Made by a program: the position numbers and the translations under genes
The notes under the pieces: model-generated
Told to the model about the DNA's origin: nothing
The model's database searches: none
Seen by the model: the letters and a program-made list of their open reading frames with translations, nothing else
In this document: in pieces, positions 13,450-38,307 of the stretch
How the letters are laid out: each line of letters opens with the position of its first letter
Numbering within the stretch: position 1 is the stretch's first letter
Assembly: GCA_033442325.1 (NCBI GenBank)
Contig: JAWQFM010000011.1
Span: 784,331 to 848,330 of the forward strand
Reading direction: 5' to 3'
From: Salpingoeca rosetta
Taxonomy: Eukaryota > Protista > Choanoflagellata
Length of the DNA stretch: 64,000 nt

Positions 13450-14431
13450 GAGGCTTGCAATTGTAAACATGAGGAGCAAACGCGTCCGCGTGTCACTTGC
13501 TAGCCAACTTTTCTGTCCAACTTCCCACTTCCACATCAACAGTAATCGTGTGCTGACGCACTGACCCGAGCTGCTTGAGCTTTGCGCCGCAGAGATTGGA
13601 GGCGATGATGTGAGTGACGTTCGTCTTTGTCGGGTACACAACATAACCCCCGCCATGCAGCTGCATCATGCGCCGGAGGGACTCGGCTGGCGGATCTGCA
13701 ATCATTGCGTGCGTGCGTGTGCACGTGCGTGTACAAAACGTGAGGTAGCGTGAGGCACATCCATGCTGTGTGTCAGCTTCTCGCTCTTGACCAGATGACA
13801 TGCTCTGTACATTGTGTGTGCGTGTGTGATACCTGTGAAGCCGTTGACGTGGATGGAGATGCCTTTGAAGATGTCGGACCTGATGCGTAGTTGTTGTTGG
13901 TTGTTGAGTGAGAAGCGTGGTGTATGAAAGGTTCAGCGTATGTGCAAACCAAAAGGCAAGGCATGGGGTGTTCTTGGGTGGTGCGTGCACGGTGTTTCTT
14001 ACACAGAGGTGCGGCCGTCTTCGTGCTGTTGGTTGAGCTTTTCGTTCTTCTGTTCCATGTACTCTCGCTGCAGCAAGGAAAGTGTGTGTGTGTGTGTGTG
14101 CGTGTGTGTTGTGTGTGTTTGAATGTGAGCCACCGATGAGATCGTCAACGTGCTATGCACACACACACACACACACACACACACAACACACACACACACA
14201 CACACAACACACACACACACACATACACACGTACACATGCACACACACGCACACATACACACACACACACACACAATACACACATGCACATACACATACA
14301 ATACACACACATGCACGTACAAAGGTCCAGTCTCCGCCGCCACGGCCGCGCCTGTGCTTGCGGCCACCACTGCCACCACCACCACCCTCGTCCCCAACAG
14401 AGCGGGAGCTGTCCGAGACAACACCAGCCAT
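6891..14431 (-). CDS. REV1: DNA repair protein REV1 (BRCT, Y-family deoxycytidyl transferase, UBMs, C-terminal domain); multi-exon
   Basis: BRCT (IFKGISIHVNGFT...THIIASNL...KWITDSI), REV1 N-digit FYSQSRLHHLS, IAHIDLDAFFV, SCNYIARKFGI, AVSMDEAYLD, LARMATRRAKPNGQ, NLPGVGW, KSVSVEITWGVRF, GHGPCD, UBM-like SQIDPSCLQALPEELQREI. Probable ATG at 14431 (MAGVVSD...), stop at 6891. Confidence 0.95.
12087..12148 (-). repeat. Coding (CAG/CAA)n polyglutamine tract in REV1
   Basis: (ctg)n(ttg)n on the + strand; run of about 20 Q in ORF 10979..13273. Confidence 0.9.
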
Positions 14432-14611
14432 ATCCGTTCGTTTGGTTCCCTGCTGTTTTTCGCTGATGTCAGCAGAAACTGCCGTTGGAGCTTGCAGGCA
14501 AAGCAAACAAGAAAAGGAAAGAAGACAGGAGGCGAACCAACACCACCACCCACCCAGCGAATACCACCCAGCCTTGTTTGCTCACATCCCCCATCGTCCT
14601 CAAGCACCACA

Positions 14612-15430
14612 ATGGATCCAGAGACCAAGGATCAGGTACGCTCAAGCGAACACGGGAAGATATGGTCGTTTGTTTGTGTACCTGCGTGCCTGTGGCAGCG
14701 ACAGGGCAGCGAGGGCCTCATCTTCAGCGTCTGCAGCGACTTGGTAGTCTGTGGCTGGATGAGTCTTCCTCTCTAGTCCTCGCGTTTGTTTTGTACCTTG
14801 TCTGTGTGTTGAGGGGACATCTCTCACCAAGTCACCATGCATCCAACATGCACAATGCTGCAGGTGACCCACGACTTGTCTGCGGCAGTGGCCAACCTTG
14901 GCACCCGCGTCGACACCATGGAGTCAAAGGTACCTTTTGACTCGTCAGTTCAAGTAGAGTGCAAGGGATACTGAAGTCTGGGGAACGGCTGTGAAGCTGC
15001 CGAGCGCTGTAGCGTTCTTGCATGCTGGACGCTGCCATTTGACGTGTACCTGTGTGCAAACGCCTTTATCCCATCTCCGCTCTGCAAACTGCTCGAACAT
15101 CTCTTCTCGACGTTCAAATTCATGCTTTGGGTTGCTTCTTTTGGCAGCTTGATCGCATCGAGACTGCGGTTGAGGACATCAAGACCATCCTGCGATCGGC
15201 CATCAAGGCATCCAGCGAGAGCGAAAGTGTGTCCTCTCATGGGTGGTCTCGCGTGTGTATGGATGACACGACACCAGTGCGAAAAACTCGGCTACCAACA
15301 TGTAGCAGAATTCTCGGCCTTCCTCTCAACCATCAGCGTTGCCTCCGTTGCCTGCGTTGTCTCGCTGTGTTCTCACGCTGCTTGCACGGTCCCAACTTGT
15401 GCGCCCTTGCATGCAAACACAGGCTACTGA
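14612..15430 (+). CDS. Small (~73 aa) five-exon coiled-coil protein, weakly HSBP1-like
   Basis: Exons 14612-14635, 14699-14743, 14864-14929, 15148-15226 and 15423-15430 all have GT-AG ends and join in frame: MDPETKDQRQGSEGLIFSVCSDLVTHDLSAAVANLGTRVDTMESKLDRIETAVEDIKTILRSAIKASSESESY*. Confidence 0.6.
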
Positions 15431-16137
15431 AGGAAGAGGGCCAAACGAGCGCGCAGGCGAGCACACGCGAGTACAAGGAACCACGCCGCCATGCATGCAG
15501 CCTCCTCACAGCTACGACGAGCACACACAACACCTCGCAGTGTCTTCCTGTCCGGTCTGTCCTGTGCCACGACTAATCCCAGTGTCTCACGCCTCCTCGT
15601 TTGTGTGAGACCCAGTGCTTCCCTCGTTACTCGTCATCCTTCTGCGTCTTCTCTCCGCAGCTGACCATTCCACTCTCACTTGGTTACAGTTTTGTGTCAT
15701 CCGTCCGTGCCTTCATGTATCTGTTGTCAAGTGAACACACCCTTTAATCCACTTGTACATTCATTGCATACGTTGCCGTTGAACCGTGAAGCGCCACAGC
15801 ATCACTTGTGCGCTTGTCGAGGGACCCTTCAGGTTCCCTTGTCGCCAAACCCCTGGTTGCTCTCGCACTCTCGCACTCTTCAGTATGCCCTTGTCTTGGT
15901 CGCATGAATGAAAGCCATTTGACCACATGATGATATGTACAGCAGGAAGTGGCCAAGCAAGGTGCAAGAGGACCAACACACACCGACGAATGCACGAGGG
16001 GTGTAAGGGGGAGGGGGTTTGGAAATATGGAATATGCAATGAGGGCGAACAGACAACACAAACGTGGATTCAGGTAGGATGCCAAGGAAGGAAAGGGCAC
16101 TTACACGACACAAGACACACGTACGTACACACACGCC

Positions 16138-16171
<34 letters not shown>

Positions 16172-16193
16172 CACACGCACACACACAAGCACG

Positions 16194-16230
<37 letters not shown>

Positions 16231-16243
16231 GCACATGGCTGGC

Positions 16244-17207
16244 CTATGGAGAGAGCACAGTCTCTGGGATGTCGTCCTCAAAGATCTCCTCTTCAACCTC
16301 GGAATGCACAGCGTCATCCTCGTCGTCGTCAGCGTGAGCAGCTTCGCCACGACGGCTCTGGTGAGGTTTCCTTGACGCTGGGTACTTTGCGTCCTCGCCT
16401 CGTCTTCGTCCCTGCGGCGAATCTGTGACAGCAATATCTTCCTCCACTTCTGCTTCTTCTTCTGCTTCTTCTTCTTCGACCACCACATCATCTCGCTTGG
16501 TGCGGCCCGTCTTGCCGCTTTTGTGCACACCCTCCTTTGAAGCCTAATGGTTGTGTGCATGCGTGTGTACATGCGTGTGTACATGTGTGTGTGTGTTTGT
16601 GAATGAACGCGGGTGTGAGGATGCATGAATGCCACGAGAATGCTCGGCACACCTTGTCCAGCATGCAAGACACACACACACACACACAACACACACGTAC
16701 ACACAAACACACACATGCTGTTGGGGTGTTGTCTGACCTGCTTGGCAACGTCTTCCTCATCCTTGACTTCCAAGTCGTCAACGCACACTGGTTTGACAAT
16801 GGATCGGTCCAACGCAGGCACTCGAACGTGCTTTGCAAAAGCCTGGGATGTGGCGACGGTCAGTTGGATTAACGATGAGGGAGCTCATGCGAGCGTGCAG
16901 CTTGAAACATCAAGCACAGCATGTACGTACACCGTGACGCCGGCACACACAGACACACACAGACACACAGCAGACACACAGACACAGCAGACACACAGAC
17001 ACACAGACACACACACGCACAGCAGACACACAGACACACACAGACACAGACGCTTACCATCAATGCTTCGTAGTCTCCCTTTTCCAGCATGAGTTCGGGG
17101 TCATCCTTGCGCCCTTGACTGCTCCCGAGGCGACTCCCACCACCACTGCCACCACCACTGCCACCTCTGCTGCCACTGCTCCTGCTCTTGCTGTTTCGAT
17201 CAGCCAT
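16244..17207 (-). CDS. Hypothetical acidic/low-complexity protein, at least 3 exons; 3' end uncertain
   Basis: MADRNSKS...GDYEALM|AFAKHVRVPALDRSIVKPVCVDDLEVKDEEDVAKQ|ASKEGVHKSG...EEEIFEDDIPET joined by phase-0 GT-AG introns; no family recognised. Confidence 0.55.
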
Positions 17208-17500
17208 CTTCGTTGTCATCAACGTTGAGTTCGAGGAAATTTGGTGCATGTCAACCACAAATCGCCAACAATCACCGCACCAGCACCACTGCTTGTTTTG
17301 GTTTGCGCTTCCTCTCCTCCTCCTCTACCCTGTGTTGCTTCTTCTTCTTCTGTCTCTGTGTGCGGCTGCTTGCATAGATCGACAGCGAGGCGAGAGCGAG
17401 TGGCTGCTTGCGGCGCACACAGCACAGTGCACGCTCAGCACACGCCATCTTTTTGCGAGAAAGAAGTGACAGACGCTGTGAGGACACAGAAACTGCCGCC

Positions 17501-19034
17501 ATGGCGGAGCTTGGCGCAGATGACTTTGCTGCGCTGCAGACCATGCTCATGCAGTGCAAAGAGGAAAAATACCATGCCGAGGAGCAGCGGGATGCAGCCT
17601 CGCGTGGTATGGAGCACTGTGCCAAATGCACGGCTTGCTTTCGTGCTGACTTTTCGCGTGTTTGTTTGTTGGTTTGGCGCATCACTGCGTGCCGGCTTGA
17701 CACACCACCATTTACCCTTCACTTTCCATGTTCCCGCACATGCAGCTTTGGAGGCAACAAAGAGCGAAGTGGAGAAACTCTCCAAGGACTTGGCAAAGGC
17801 GAACAAGGTGCGTTGCATGCATGTGCTTGTGTGTGTGATGTGTGTGCAGGTGTGATGTACGTTTGTGTGTGCATGTACACGTGTGGTCGTGTGCATATTT
17901 GTGATGCCTGTTGGGTGTCAGTGCACTTGTGAAAAGCCACTGGAAGTATAGCAAGCGCTGCCTGCCGCGTCGATGCCAGTCAGCTCAACCCAACCTCTTG
18001 TGACATTGCACAGGCCATTGCCAAGTCGAAGAAAGCACGGGAAACCAAGGCCATGATCGACCTGCATCAGGTGCGCAGAGTGCGTTCGAAGAACGTGTGT
18101 GTGCATGCGTGCGTGCGTGCGTGCGTGCGTGCATGCGTGCGTGCGTGTGTGTACCATGAGGAAGCAATCGTTGAACTGGGCTCATGCATGTGCAAACTTC
18201 GGCATGTATCCACGTGTGTCACGCCAACACTGCTGCTGTCCGCACCACGACATCAAGGCTGAGAAGGAAGAGCTGGAGCTGCAAAACAAAGGCCTGTTGG
18301 AGAACCTGGCAGAGGTGGGGCATGCACAACTGCTGTTGACTCGGCTGCCTGCTTTGTTTTGCCTCATCTCAATGCTCCATGACACAAGTGACAGGATACC
18401 AGTCACAGCTCGCGGCTGCACCTTTGCTGTGCACCTTTGCTGTGCACCTTTGCTGTGCACCTTTGCTGTGCACGTTTCACCCCCCTCACCAGCTCCTCCA
18501 CTCTCTTTCTCTTCTTTCATGTGTATTTACGTGCGTGCGTGTATGCGTGCGTCAGATTTCTGGGCAGAACGAGGCGCTTCAAGCGGAGGTTGACCGGTTG
18601 CGTAAGGGCACAGATGGCGATCACCACCACCAGCACCAGCAGGCGGACGGCGCACTGCAGGAGCAGCTCACAGCTGCGCTCAAGCAAGTCGAAGACCTGC
18701 GCGCAGACACAGACGCAAAAATCGCAGACCTTCAGGTGTGTGCGTGTGTGCGTGTGCACGTGTGTGTGTGTGTGCGTGTGCGTGTGTACAGGGTGGGATA
18801 ACACACCAGAGTGTCTGCATGCCAAAGCGATACTTCATATCAGCCGTGTTCGCCACCACAACCTTGATTCCATCCACCGTTGATTGTGTCATCTCACCAC
18901 CATCACCCTCATCATCACCCTCACCATCACCCTCACCATCATCTATGCAGGCGCGCAACACGATGCTCTCGTCCCAATTGGCGGAGGCGGAGGCAAAGTA
19001 CCGCGAACTCCTCGAAAGCAAACTGTACGCTCAC

Positions 19035-19109
<75 letters not shown>

Positions 19110-21090
19110 CTGGTTCTGTGTGCCTGTGCCACTCTCCTCTTCATCAATTTATCTCATAGAGGTGGCCGGCACAATATCACGACACACACGCACACACATA
19201 CTCCCCGCCAACACACGACACACGCACGACTTGCATTGCAGGGCTGTTGGCTCTGGTGATGGCGGAGACGGACCGCAGGACAAAAGCGCCGATCAGGACG
19301 ACAGCAACACAGCGGATGATTCGTCCAGTGATGCCATTCGCGTCAGGTGCGTCTTGCAATTGCGTGTGTGTTTTTGTGTAGGATGATATCTATGGCGTAC
19401 AGGGTGTACGACTTTCTGCCGTTGCGCGTTGTCTAGACATACACTCTCATACACACACATACACACACACACACACATACACACACACACACACACCCTC
19501 TGTTCCCCCCCCCCACACACACAGGGTGCAGCAGCTGGAACAGGTCAACGCCGAGCTGAAGGGAATGTGCCAGCGGCAGGAGGACCGTGCAAAGCAGCTG
19601 GCAGAGGTGTGCACAGACAAAGAGGGGGCGTGCTGCTTGTGCTGCGTGTGGCGTCAAATTGTGCCGTGCGGAGGCTTAGGCAGTACACGTGCGGTGACTG
19701 TTCTGTCTACAGTACCGTCGTTGTCACACCAGCAGCGCTGTGCTCTCTCCACCGCCATGATCCCTTACTCACACGATCCACTCTTCTTCCCCTCCCCTCC
19801 CCCCCCCTTTCTTGTGCGGTCGCCAGGAGAACAGCGAGCTGCGTGTGTCGTCGCAGCAGCTGCAGCAGCAGCTTGACACCGCCAACGCCGCTGTCGACGA
19901 CGCGCGACGACAAATTGACGCGGATAAGGCCGCCCACGCTGCCGAGCTGGACGAGTGCGTTCTTGCGCTCTTGCAACTCCCAGCCACGCTCGCGATCATG
20001 TGTGCATGTGGTGTCGTGCATGTGCATGTTGTGTGTGTGCGTGTGTGTGCGTGTGAGTGCGAGGGAGGCGTCGTCGCGTTGTTGGTTGTCATTTGTGCTG
20101 CGTGTACCGTCTCCTCTCACCACCACCCACTATTCATCCGTTCACATGTTTACGTGCCAGGCTGCAGCAGAAGTACAGGCGAAAGCAGGCGGCGCTGCAG
20201 GAATTGCAGCAAGAGAAGGAGGACATGTACCAACAGCACACGAAGGTCGGGTGGCCCCACCGTCACCTTCAACACGGAGTGGAGAGGGTGGTGGCTTTGT
20301 GTGTGCGTGTGTGTTTGTTTGTTTGTGTGTGTGTGTTTGTTTGTGTGTGTGTGTGTTTGTTTGTTTGTTTGTTTGTGTGTGTGTGTGTTTGTTTGTTTGT
20401 TTGTTTGTGTGTGTGTGTTTGTTTGTGTTTTTTGTTTGTGTGTGTTTGTGTGTGTTTGTGCTCTGATGCGGTCAATGTGCAAGCAACCATTGCAGTCTGC
20501 AACTTCTTCTCCTCACCTTGACACGCATCTGTCTCCCGGCCGTTGCCTGTCGTTGCTTCCGAATGTGCTCAGGAGATGGAGGCGCTGAAGAAGAAGCACG
20601 AGAGCGAAGTGGAAGCGCTGCAGTTGAACGCGGACAACGAAACGCAATCCATGAAGAAAATGATGCAAGAAAAAGAGGAGGAAGCGGCGTCCAAATTGGC
20701 GGAGGTGCAGTCCGAATTGGAGCACCTCAAGGAATCCCTCTCATCTCACAAGGTTGGTGGTCACCCTGTATGAATGCGGTTTGAATGCGTTTTATGTTGT
20801 TGATCTGTAGGCTGCTGTGCTGGTGTGCGAGCCAGCTGCTGCAGAAGCGAACGTCATGAAATACACGTGCGCACTCTCGCCCTCACACATACTCACACAC
20901 TCACGCTCACACATGTATACATGTGCACCACGTGCGGCCAGGATGCTGCTGCGGACTTGGATGCGCGAGCGCGAGAGTTGGAGGAGACGCGGGCAAAACT
21001 TGCGACCGCACGCGAGGAAGCGGCAGCAGCACAGGCCGGTCCGTACTGCCGATCATGTCATCGTGTCGTGTGGTGTTTTGTGTGTGTGTG

Positions 21091-21148
<58 letters not shown>

Positions 21149-21651
21149 CATGTTCTCAAAGCACAAGTCTGCAGTTGCGTTCATGCGTTCATGTGGCTTT
21201 CATGTGTGCGCCTGTGTGTTGCGTTTGTCGTGCGCTGCTCTTCGTTGTTGCGCGCTGACGATCCGCGTACATGTGTTCATGCACTGCAGAGGCGGAGCGG
21301 CTGCGAGAGGAAATCAACGCCGATGACTCCAAGCAGAAAATCGAACAGCTCAACAAGGTAAATGTCGACGTGCATGTGCACACACACACATACACATACA
21401 CACACATACAAATACACACACATACAAATACACACGGCTTACATTCGCATGCGTATCTGCTTTGATTGCAGGATGTGGAGAAATGGAAGGAGCAGGTGGA
21501 CGAGTTCAGCAAACAGCAGCAGGAGCAGCTTGCAAAGTAACAGGACGCTGGGCAGTGGTGATGCTGTGTGATGATGGCCTTGGCTACTGTGGAGATAATC
21601 GTGTTCCCCTCTTGCGTCACATGTAGCTCCCATGGTCTGCTCACAACTCCC

Positions 21652-21694
<43 letters not shown>

Positions 21695-21953
21695 CCATTG
21701 TCTTGACTTGCAGGCACACGAGGGAGATGGATGCACTGAAGGCGGAACACGAGGAGAAGATGAAAGCAGTGCAAAAGGAGCGGGACGACGCCCTCCATGC
21801 CAACGACCGTCAAGCACACAAGCACCAGCAGGTTCGTTGCAGGCCGGTGTTCGTGTGCACGTGGTAACGCTGGGGAGCTCTGTGTGTGTGTGTGTGTGTG
21901 CGTCATTGTACGCGCTGTACTTGATTCTGTTCACACATGGACAATGACAACCA

Positions 21954-22011
<58 letters not shown>

Positions 22012-23755
22012 ACTGCCAGGAAATTGCGCGGTTGCAAGCGCGCGTGTCCGCTTCGAGCAAAGTGGAGGAAGAGAAGCAAGAATTGTCTGCACAGCTGAAG
22101 GAAGCAGAGGCGAAGGCAGAGGCCCTTGAGGATGAGAAGCAATCCCTCAACACCCAGCGCTCGCAGCTCTGCGACCGTGGCCTACGCGTCCTATTCCTAG
22201 CCGTCGCCGCCATCACACGAACCAAACAGGTGTGTGTGTGTGTGTGTGTGTGTGTCTGTGTGTGTCTGTGTGTCTGTGTGTGTGTGTGTGCGCATGTGTG
22301 TGCGCGTGCATGGGTGTGTGTATGTGTGCGTATGACAGGTGTATGTGCGTATGACAGGTGTGTGTGTGTGTTGCACTTGCCATCCGTGCCCAATGCTGCG
22401 TGTCACCTCCTCATCTTCCCGCCGACTGCCCCCTCCCCGGCGGAAAACAGCGCGCGGCTGTGTCAAGGGTTGCGTTGGAGGAGAAAGTTGCTGCAGCGGA
22501 GAAGAGGGCCGATGAAGCCAAATCCCGCATTGAGCAGAGCGAGCAGTCCATTGCCGCCAAGACAAAGAAGGAGGCCGCTTTTGTACGTGCAGCGATTTGC
22601 TTCGTTTGTGTGTGCATATGTGTTGCGCGATGCAGCGTGCGTGTGTGTGTGTATGTGTATGCATCTGTGTGTTCTGTGTGTTCTGTGTGTTATGTGTGTG
22701 TGTGTGTGCATCTCATGTATGTTACCATGTATGTATTGTTTCCCCCCCTGTTTTGCAGCGACCATCAGACATTCATCCTCCATGCATCACCTCACATTCT
22801 GCACATGCGTTCGACGACACCTTGTGTTGTGTTGCAATTCCTCCTTCTCCTCGTCTTCCAGATCAAAGAGCTGCAGAAGCAGCTGAAGCGCGAGCAGCGG
22901 CGGGCGGAGAAGGCCGAACGCGAACTCGCAGAGATCAAGCGGCCAGGTGTGTGTTTGGGATGCACGTGCATGTACCTTCACACGCGCTCGCGTGTGTTTC
23001 TGATGGAAGACCTTCACCAAAGTAGTCAAAGAAGTCAAAGTACTTGCAAATGGCTCACCATCACCATCATCATCATGATCATCACCACCACCACCATCAT
23101 GTATGCGTGTGTACAGGCGACAGATCTGCCTCTCAGATGGGCTCTCCGTCGGTGTCCCGACGAGGTGCGTACGGGCAACAGCGGTTGCACATTCCGGTGT
23201 CAAGTGGATGCGTTGTTGAGTTGGTTGCGGTGAAGCAACGAAAGGACTTGAGAGTGAGCGCATGTGCATGTGTGCGTGCAAGTGCACATGCCCGTGGATA
23301 TGACGTCAGCCGCAGCGGCATTGTACGCGTGTGCTCACTCTGTTGTCTCCCCCTCTCGCTTCTACGTGTGTACACAGGCCATCATCGTCGTACTTCGTCG
23401 TCATCATCGTCACTGATCATGCGGTAGCTGGCCCTATGCAATGGCACACTGCCTCTCGCGCACCGCCACCACCACTACCACCACAGATACACACACACAC
23501 ACACACACAGATGATGACACCTGCCTCACGATGCCCCACGCAACACGTGCATGGCCGTACACGTGTGCACAGAGAGGCGCCGTCACTGGATTCCTTGAAT
23601 GCATCGGACGCGCACTCCGTTCGATCGGTACATTTGCAAACAGCTTTAGTTTTTGCTTGATTTGCCACTTTGCGAACCGCGCATACACCCTCACTCACAC
23701 ACACGTATGCCTCTGTGTGTGTATGTGTGTGTGTGTGTGTTTCTCCTCCCTCCCT

Positions 23756-23833
<78 letters not shown>

Positions 23834-24921
23834 ATGCACTCAAACTCACACACACACACATACACACAAACACACACACGGAATAACCAGGTTGATTTGC
23901 AGATCAGCGAGAGTGAGCACGCGCAGCTGCTGTCGGATATGGTTGCAGTCAAGACCGAGCGGGAGGAGCTCAACGACAAAGTGAGAGCAGCGCTTGTCCA
24001 GCATGCGCAACAATGGCGAAGAATAGGCATACGCATGTGCGCGTGTGTGCGTGCGTGTGTGCGTGTGTGCGTGCGTGTGTGTGTGCGTATTGTGCGCGCC
24101 CTTCCAATACATGTTCTTGTGCGTGTGCATGTGTGCAGGTCCGCTATTTGGAGTCGAAGGTGCGGGACTTGGAGGGCGAGCTGTGCGCAAAAGCCATGCT
24201 CGTGGACCAGGTCATCCAGACCGGATCAACAAGTGCGTGTGTGCGTACATGGGTGTGCGTGTGCGTGCGTACGTGCGTGTGTGCGTGCATGTGTTGCATG
24301 ATGCATCTTCCGTGTATGTGCTTCCCACCTTGGATGTTCAGCCACGTGTGCATGACAACCATCTTGCACCTCTGCATTGTGCTGCGTGCCCAGATTCATC
24401 GCCGAGCAAAGGCCACAAGAAGACGGGCGATAAGGCGCAACTACGGTGTGAAGGCAGATTGTGTGTGTGTGTGTGTTTGCACGTGGGTGTATGTATCCTT
24501 GTTCCTGTTGTTCATGTTGTTCATGTTGTTCATGTTGTTCATGTTGTTCATGTTGTTCATGGCGTGTGAAGAGTGCCAGCTGAATGACTGACCCGTGTGT
24601 GTCTTCCCCCACCGTGTCGCCTTCGTGTGCCTGCTTGGTTTACCTGTTAGGGAGAGCAATGACAAGCTTCGGGTATTGTTGGAGGAGACGCTACTCAAGA
24701 ACATGCAGCTCGAGCAGGTGCGTGTGTGTGTGTGTGTTGGGGGGGGTTGTTCGCGTGTTTCGTGTACTGTTTCGACGTGGCTGCATGCACATGCATGTGT
24801 GTTCGCCACTGCGAGTCATTCACACTACAGGCCACTGACAAACACAAACACGCACGCACACACGCACGTACGCACGCACGCACAGATGGTGGAAGCGTTA
24901 ACGCAGCAGGACAAGCAGTAG
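17501..24921 (+). CDS. GRIPAP1: GRIP1-associated protein 1 (GRASP-1) homolog, long coiled-coil protein, about 20 exons
   Basis: N-terminus MAELGADDFAALQTMLMQCKEEKY...LSKDLAKANKAIAKSKKARE...ELELQNKGL and C-terminus IKELQKQLKREQRRAEK, KVRYLE...ELCAK, NDKLRVLLEETLLKNMQL match the conserved termini of GRIPAP1 as recalled. ATG context gccgccATGG. Confidence 0.8.
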
Positions 24922-25279
24922 GAGGACAACACCTGTAAACTAGCCAACAGAGGGAGAAGAAGAACAAGGGTGTGCATGCACTCGTGCGGGTGTCTGCGTG
25001 TATGGTGCAAAGCCCTCACACCCATCGCGCGACAGTGCGACACATAAAAACATATAAGCATGAGTCATCGCCGGTTTTTGTTGTGTCCGAGCACAGAGAC
25101 GACGAGAAACAGCTGCTGTCCACACAAACAAACAAACACACACAAGCAAGCCATTCCCCCCGACTGCTGTCTCGTCTTGCGCGTCAGCCACCCTCCCTTC
25201 GTTCTGCCACATACACGCTGAGGGAAGAATCAACTCCACATCATCATCATCATCATCCAACCTCCCCGCTGCCGCCACC

Positions 25280-30374
<5,095 letters not shown>

Positions 30375-30757
30375 ACACACGCACACGTACATACACATAC
30401 AGTGGCACAGATGCACGTGTTGCGTGAAGGTGTGACTGCTGCGTCCTTGTGTCCGTGTGAGGTGATGTGTTCTGCATTCTGGTGCCACTGAGATAGATGC
30501 ACAGGCGCGTGCATATCATCTGTTTGTTGTCTTCCTTGAATATTTGTGTGAGGGCTTCTTGCTTTCGTTCAATGCTTTCCATGCTTGCTTGCTTGCATGT
30601 ATGCTGTTGTTACACGTTTTGCGAATACAGCGAACAACTGAAGGAATGCACATCTACACCGCAAGACGCTTGAACAGGGCTTTGGGGGGAGGGGGGGGGG
30701 CAAAGAAGATACAGCCACAAAACACACACGGGGACAACAAGGTGGACACTAGCCCGT

Positions 30758-37012
<6,255 letters not shown>

Positions 37013-37100
37013 TGCCCAGTGCGGTTGTGGACAATTTGTAAATGATGTGTCCAATTTTCCGCAGACGCACACACAACAAAGCAGCAGCGCAGAAGAGGAG
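37013..37100. promoter_or_regulatory. Very short divergent intergenic region (probable bidirectional promoter) between THOC1 and CHCHD5
   Basis: About 88 bp separates the opposed start codons at 37012 (-) and 37101 (+). Confidence 0.55.
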
Positions 37101-38021
37101 ATGGATCGATTGTTAGATGCGGTGGAGGCCTCATGCAGGCAGGAGGTGGAAGCCTTCCACAAGTGCGCAGAGGTGCATGGCAACGACGGCTGCCCTGAAC
37201 AGAAAGCGGCGCTGCAAAAGTGCAGCGATCAGAGGTACTGTCGCTGCTGCTGTTGCGGATGCTGCTGCTGTTGCGGATGTGGACGTGCGTGAGTAGGGGT
37301 GCTTGCGTGTGGATGTGCTGGTGTCGTGGCCACCACACCATTGTGTGCTTTGGTTGCATCTGCGCTTTCAACTCACTTCTCGCGCGCGTGTATGTCGCTG
37401 CTTTGGCTGTGTTAGCGTGGAGTACATTCGGTCTATTCAGCGGGTATGCAAGCACTCCCTGGCGTCATTTCAGAAGGTGTGCTGTGGCGTGCGTGGACTA
37501 CTCCCCTGTCTTTGCTTCTCGTTCATTGCTCGTTGGACGACGCTGGCGTGCGACAATAACACACCTCACGCGCTGTGCACGTGTATGTGGTCTTTCTTAA
37601 CATGCAGTGCGTATCAGAACATCCAGAGGATGCGCATATTCGATGCGACGAGAAGGTCAACGTGTTTTTGACCTGCGCAGAGAGCGTCATGAGGTGCGTG
37701 CGTGGTCATGCTGACGCGAGCGTCGCGTCCTTTACCTCTCCTGTTTCAGCGTTGTGCCTGGCGTTTCCACAAGAAACAAACAGCCTCATTGTTTGTCTCA
37801 CTGACTGTGTGTGTGTGTGCGCACACGCACAAACAGCCTCATTGTTTGTCTCACTGACTCACTGACTGTGTGCGCGCACACACACACAAACACAAACACA
37901 CTCACAAACACACACTCTTCTATCTCTATCTCTCTCTATCTCTCAACCGCACGACAGCTACTTTGAGAAGCAAAAGGCGGCAGCACGATCGTCGTCAGGC
38001 CAGGACACCACCACCAGTTGA
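37101..38021 (+). CDS. CHCHD5: CHCHD5/Mix14-like mitochondrial intermembrane-space protein with four CX9C motifs; 4 exons
   Basis: MDRLLDAVEAS-CRQEVEAFHKC...CPEQKAALQKC...IRSIQRV-CKHSLASFQKC...CDEKVNVFLTC-AESVMSYFEKQ...*; about 113 aa; introns in phase. Confidence 0.85.
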
Positions 38022-38307
38022 CAAACAACTTGACATGGTTTCTTGTTCATAAGCAAAGTGTAGGCTCCTCTAATACAAACAGCGACACAAGCAAACCGCA
38101 AGCCTTTGTTGCACAGAGAGCAACGACAAGTGGTGCGATGATGTGAAGGTGGAACAAGCAACAGCGTTCGTGTGCGTGTTGAAGATGGAAGCCACAAACA
38201 CAACAACAGATGCACGCCCACACACACAGACCAGCATAGTCATCCTTGAATATTGGTGGAAGATGTTCACCACTTTTCCGGAATCCGTTGCGCGCTTTTG
38301 GTGGTTG

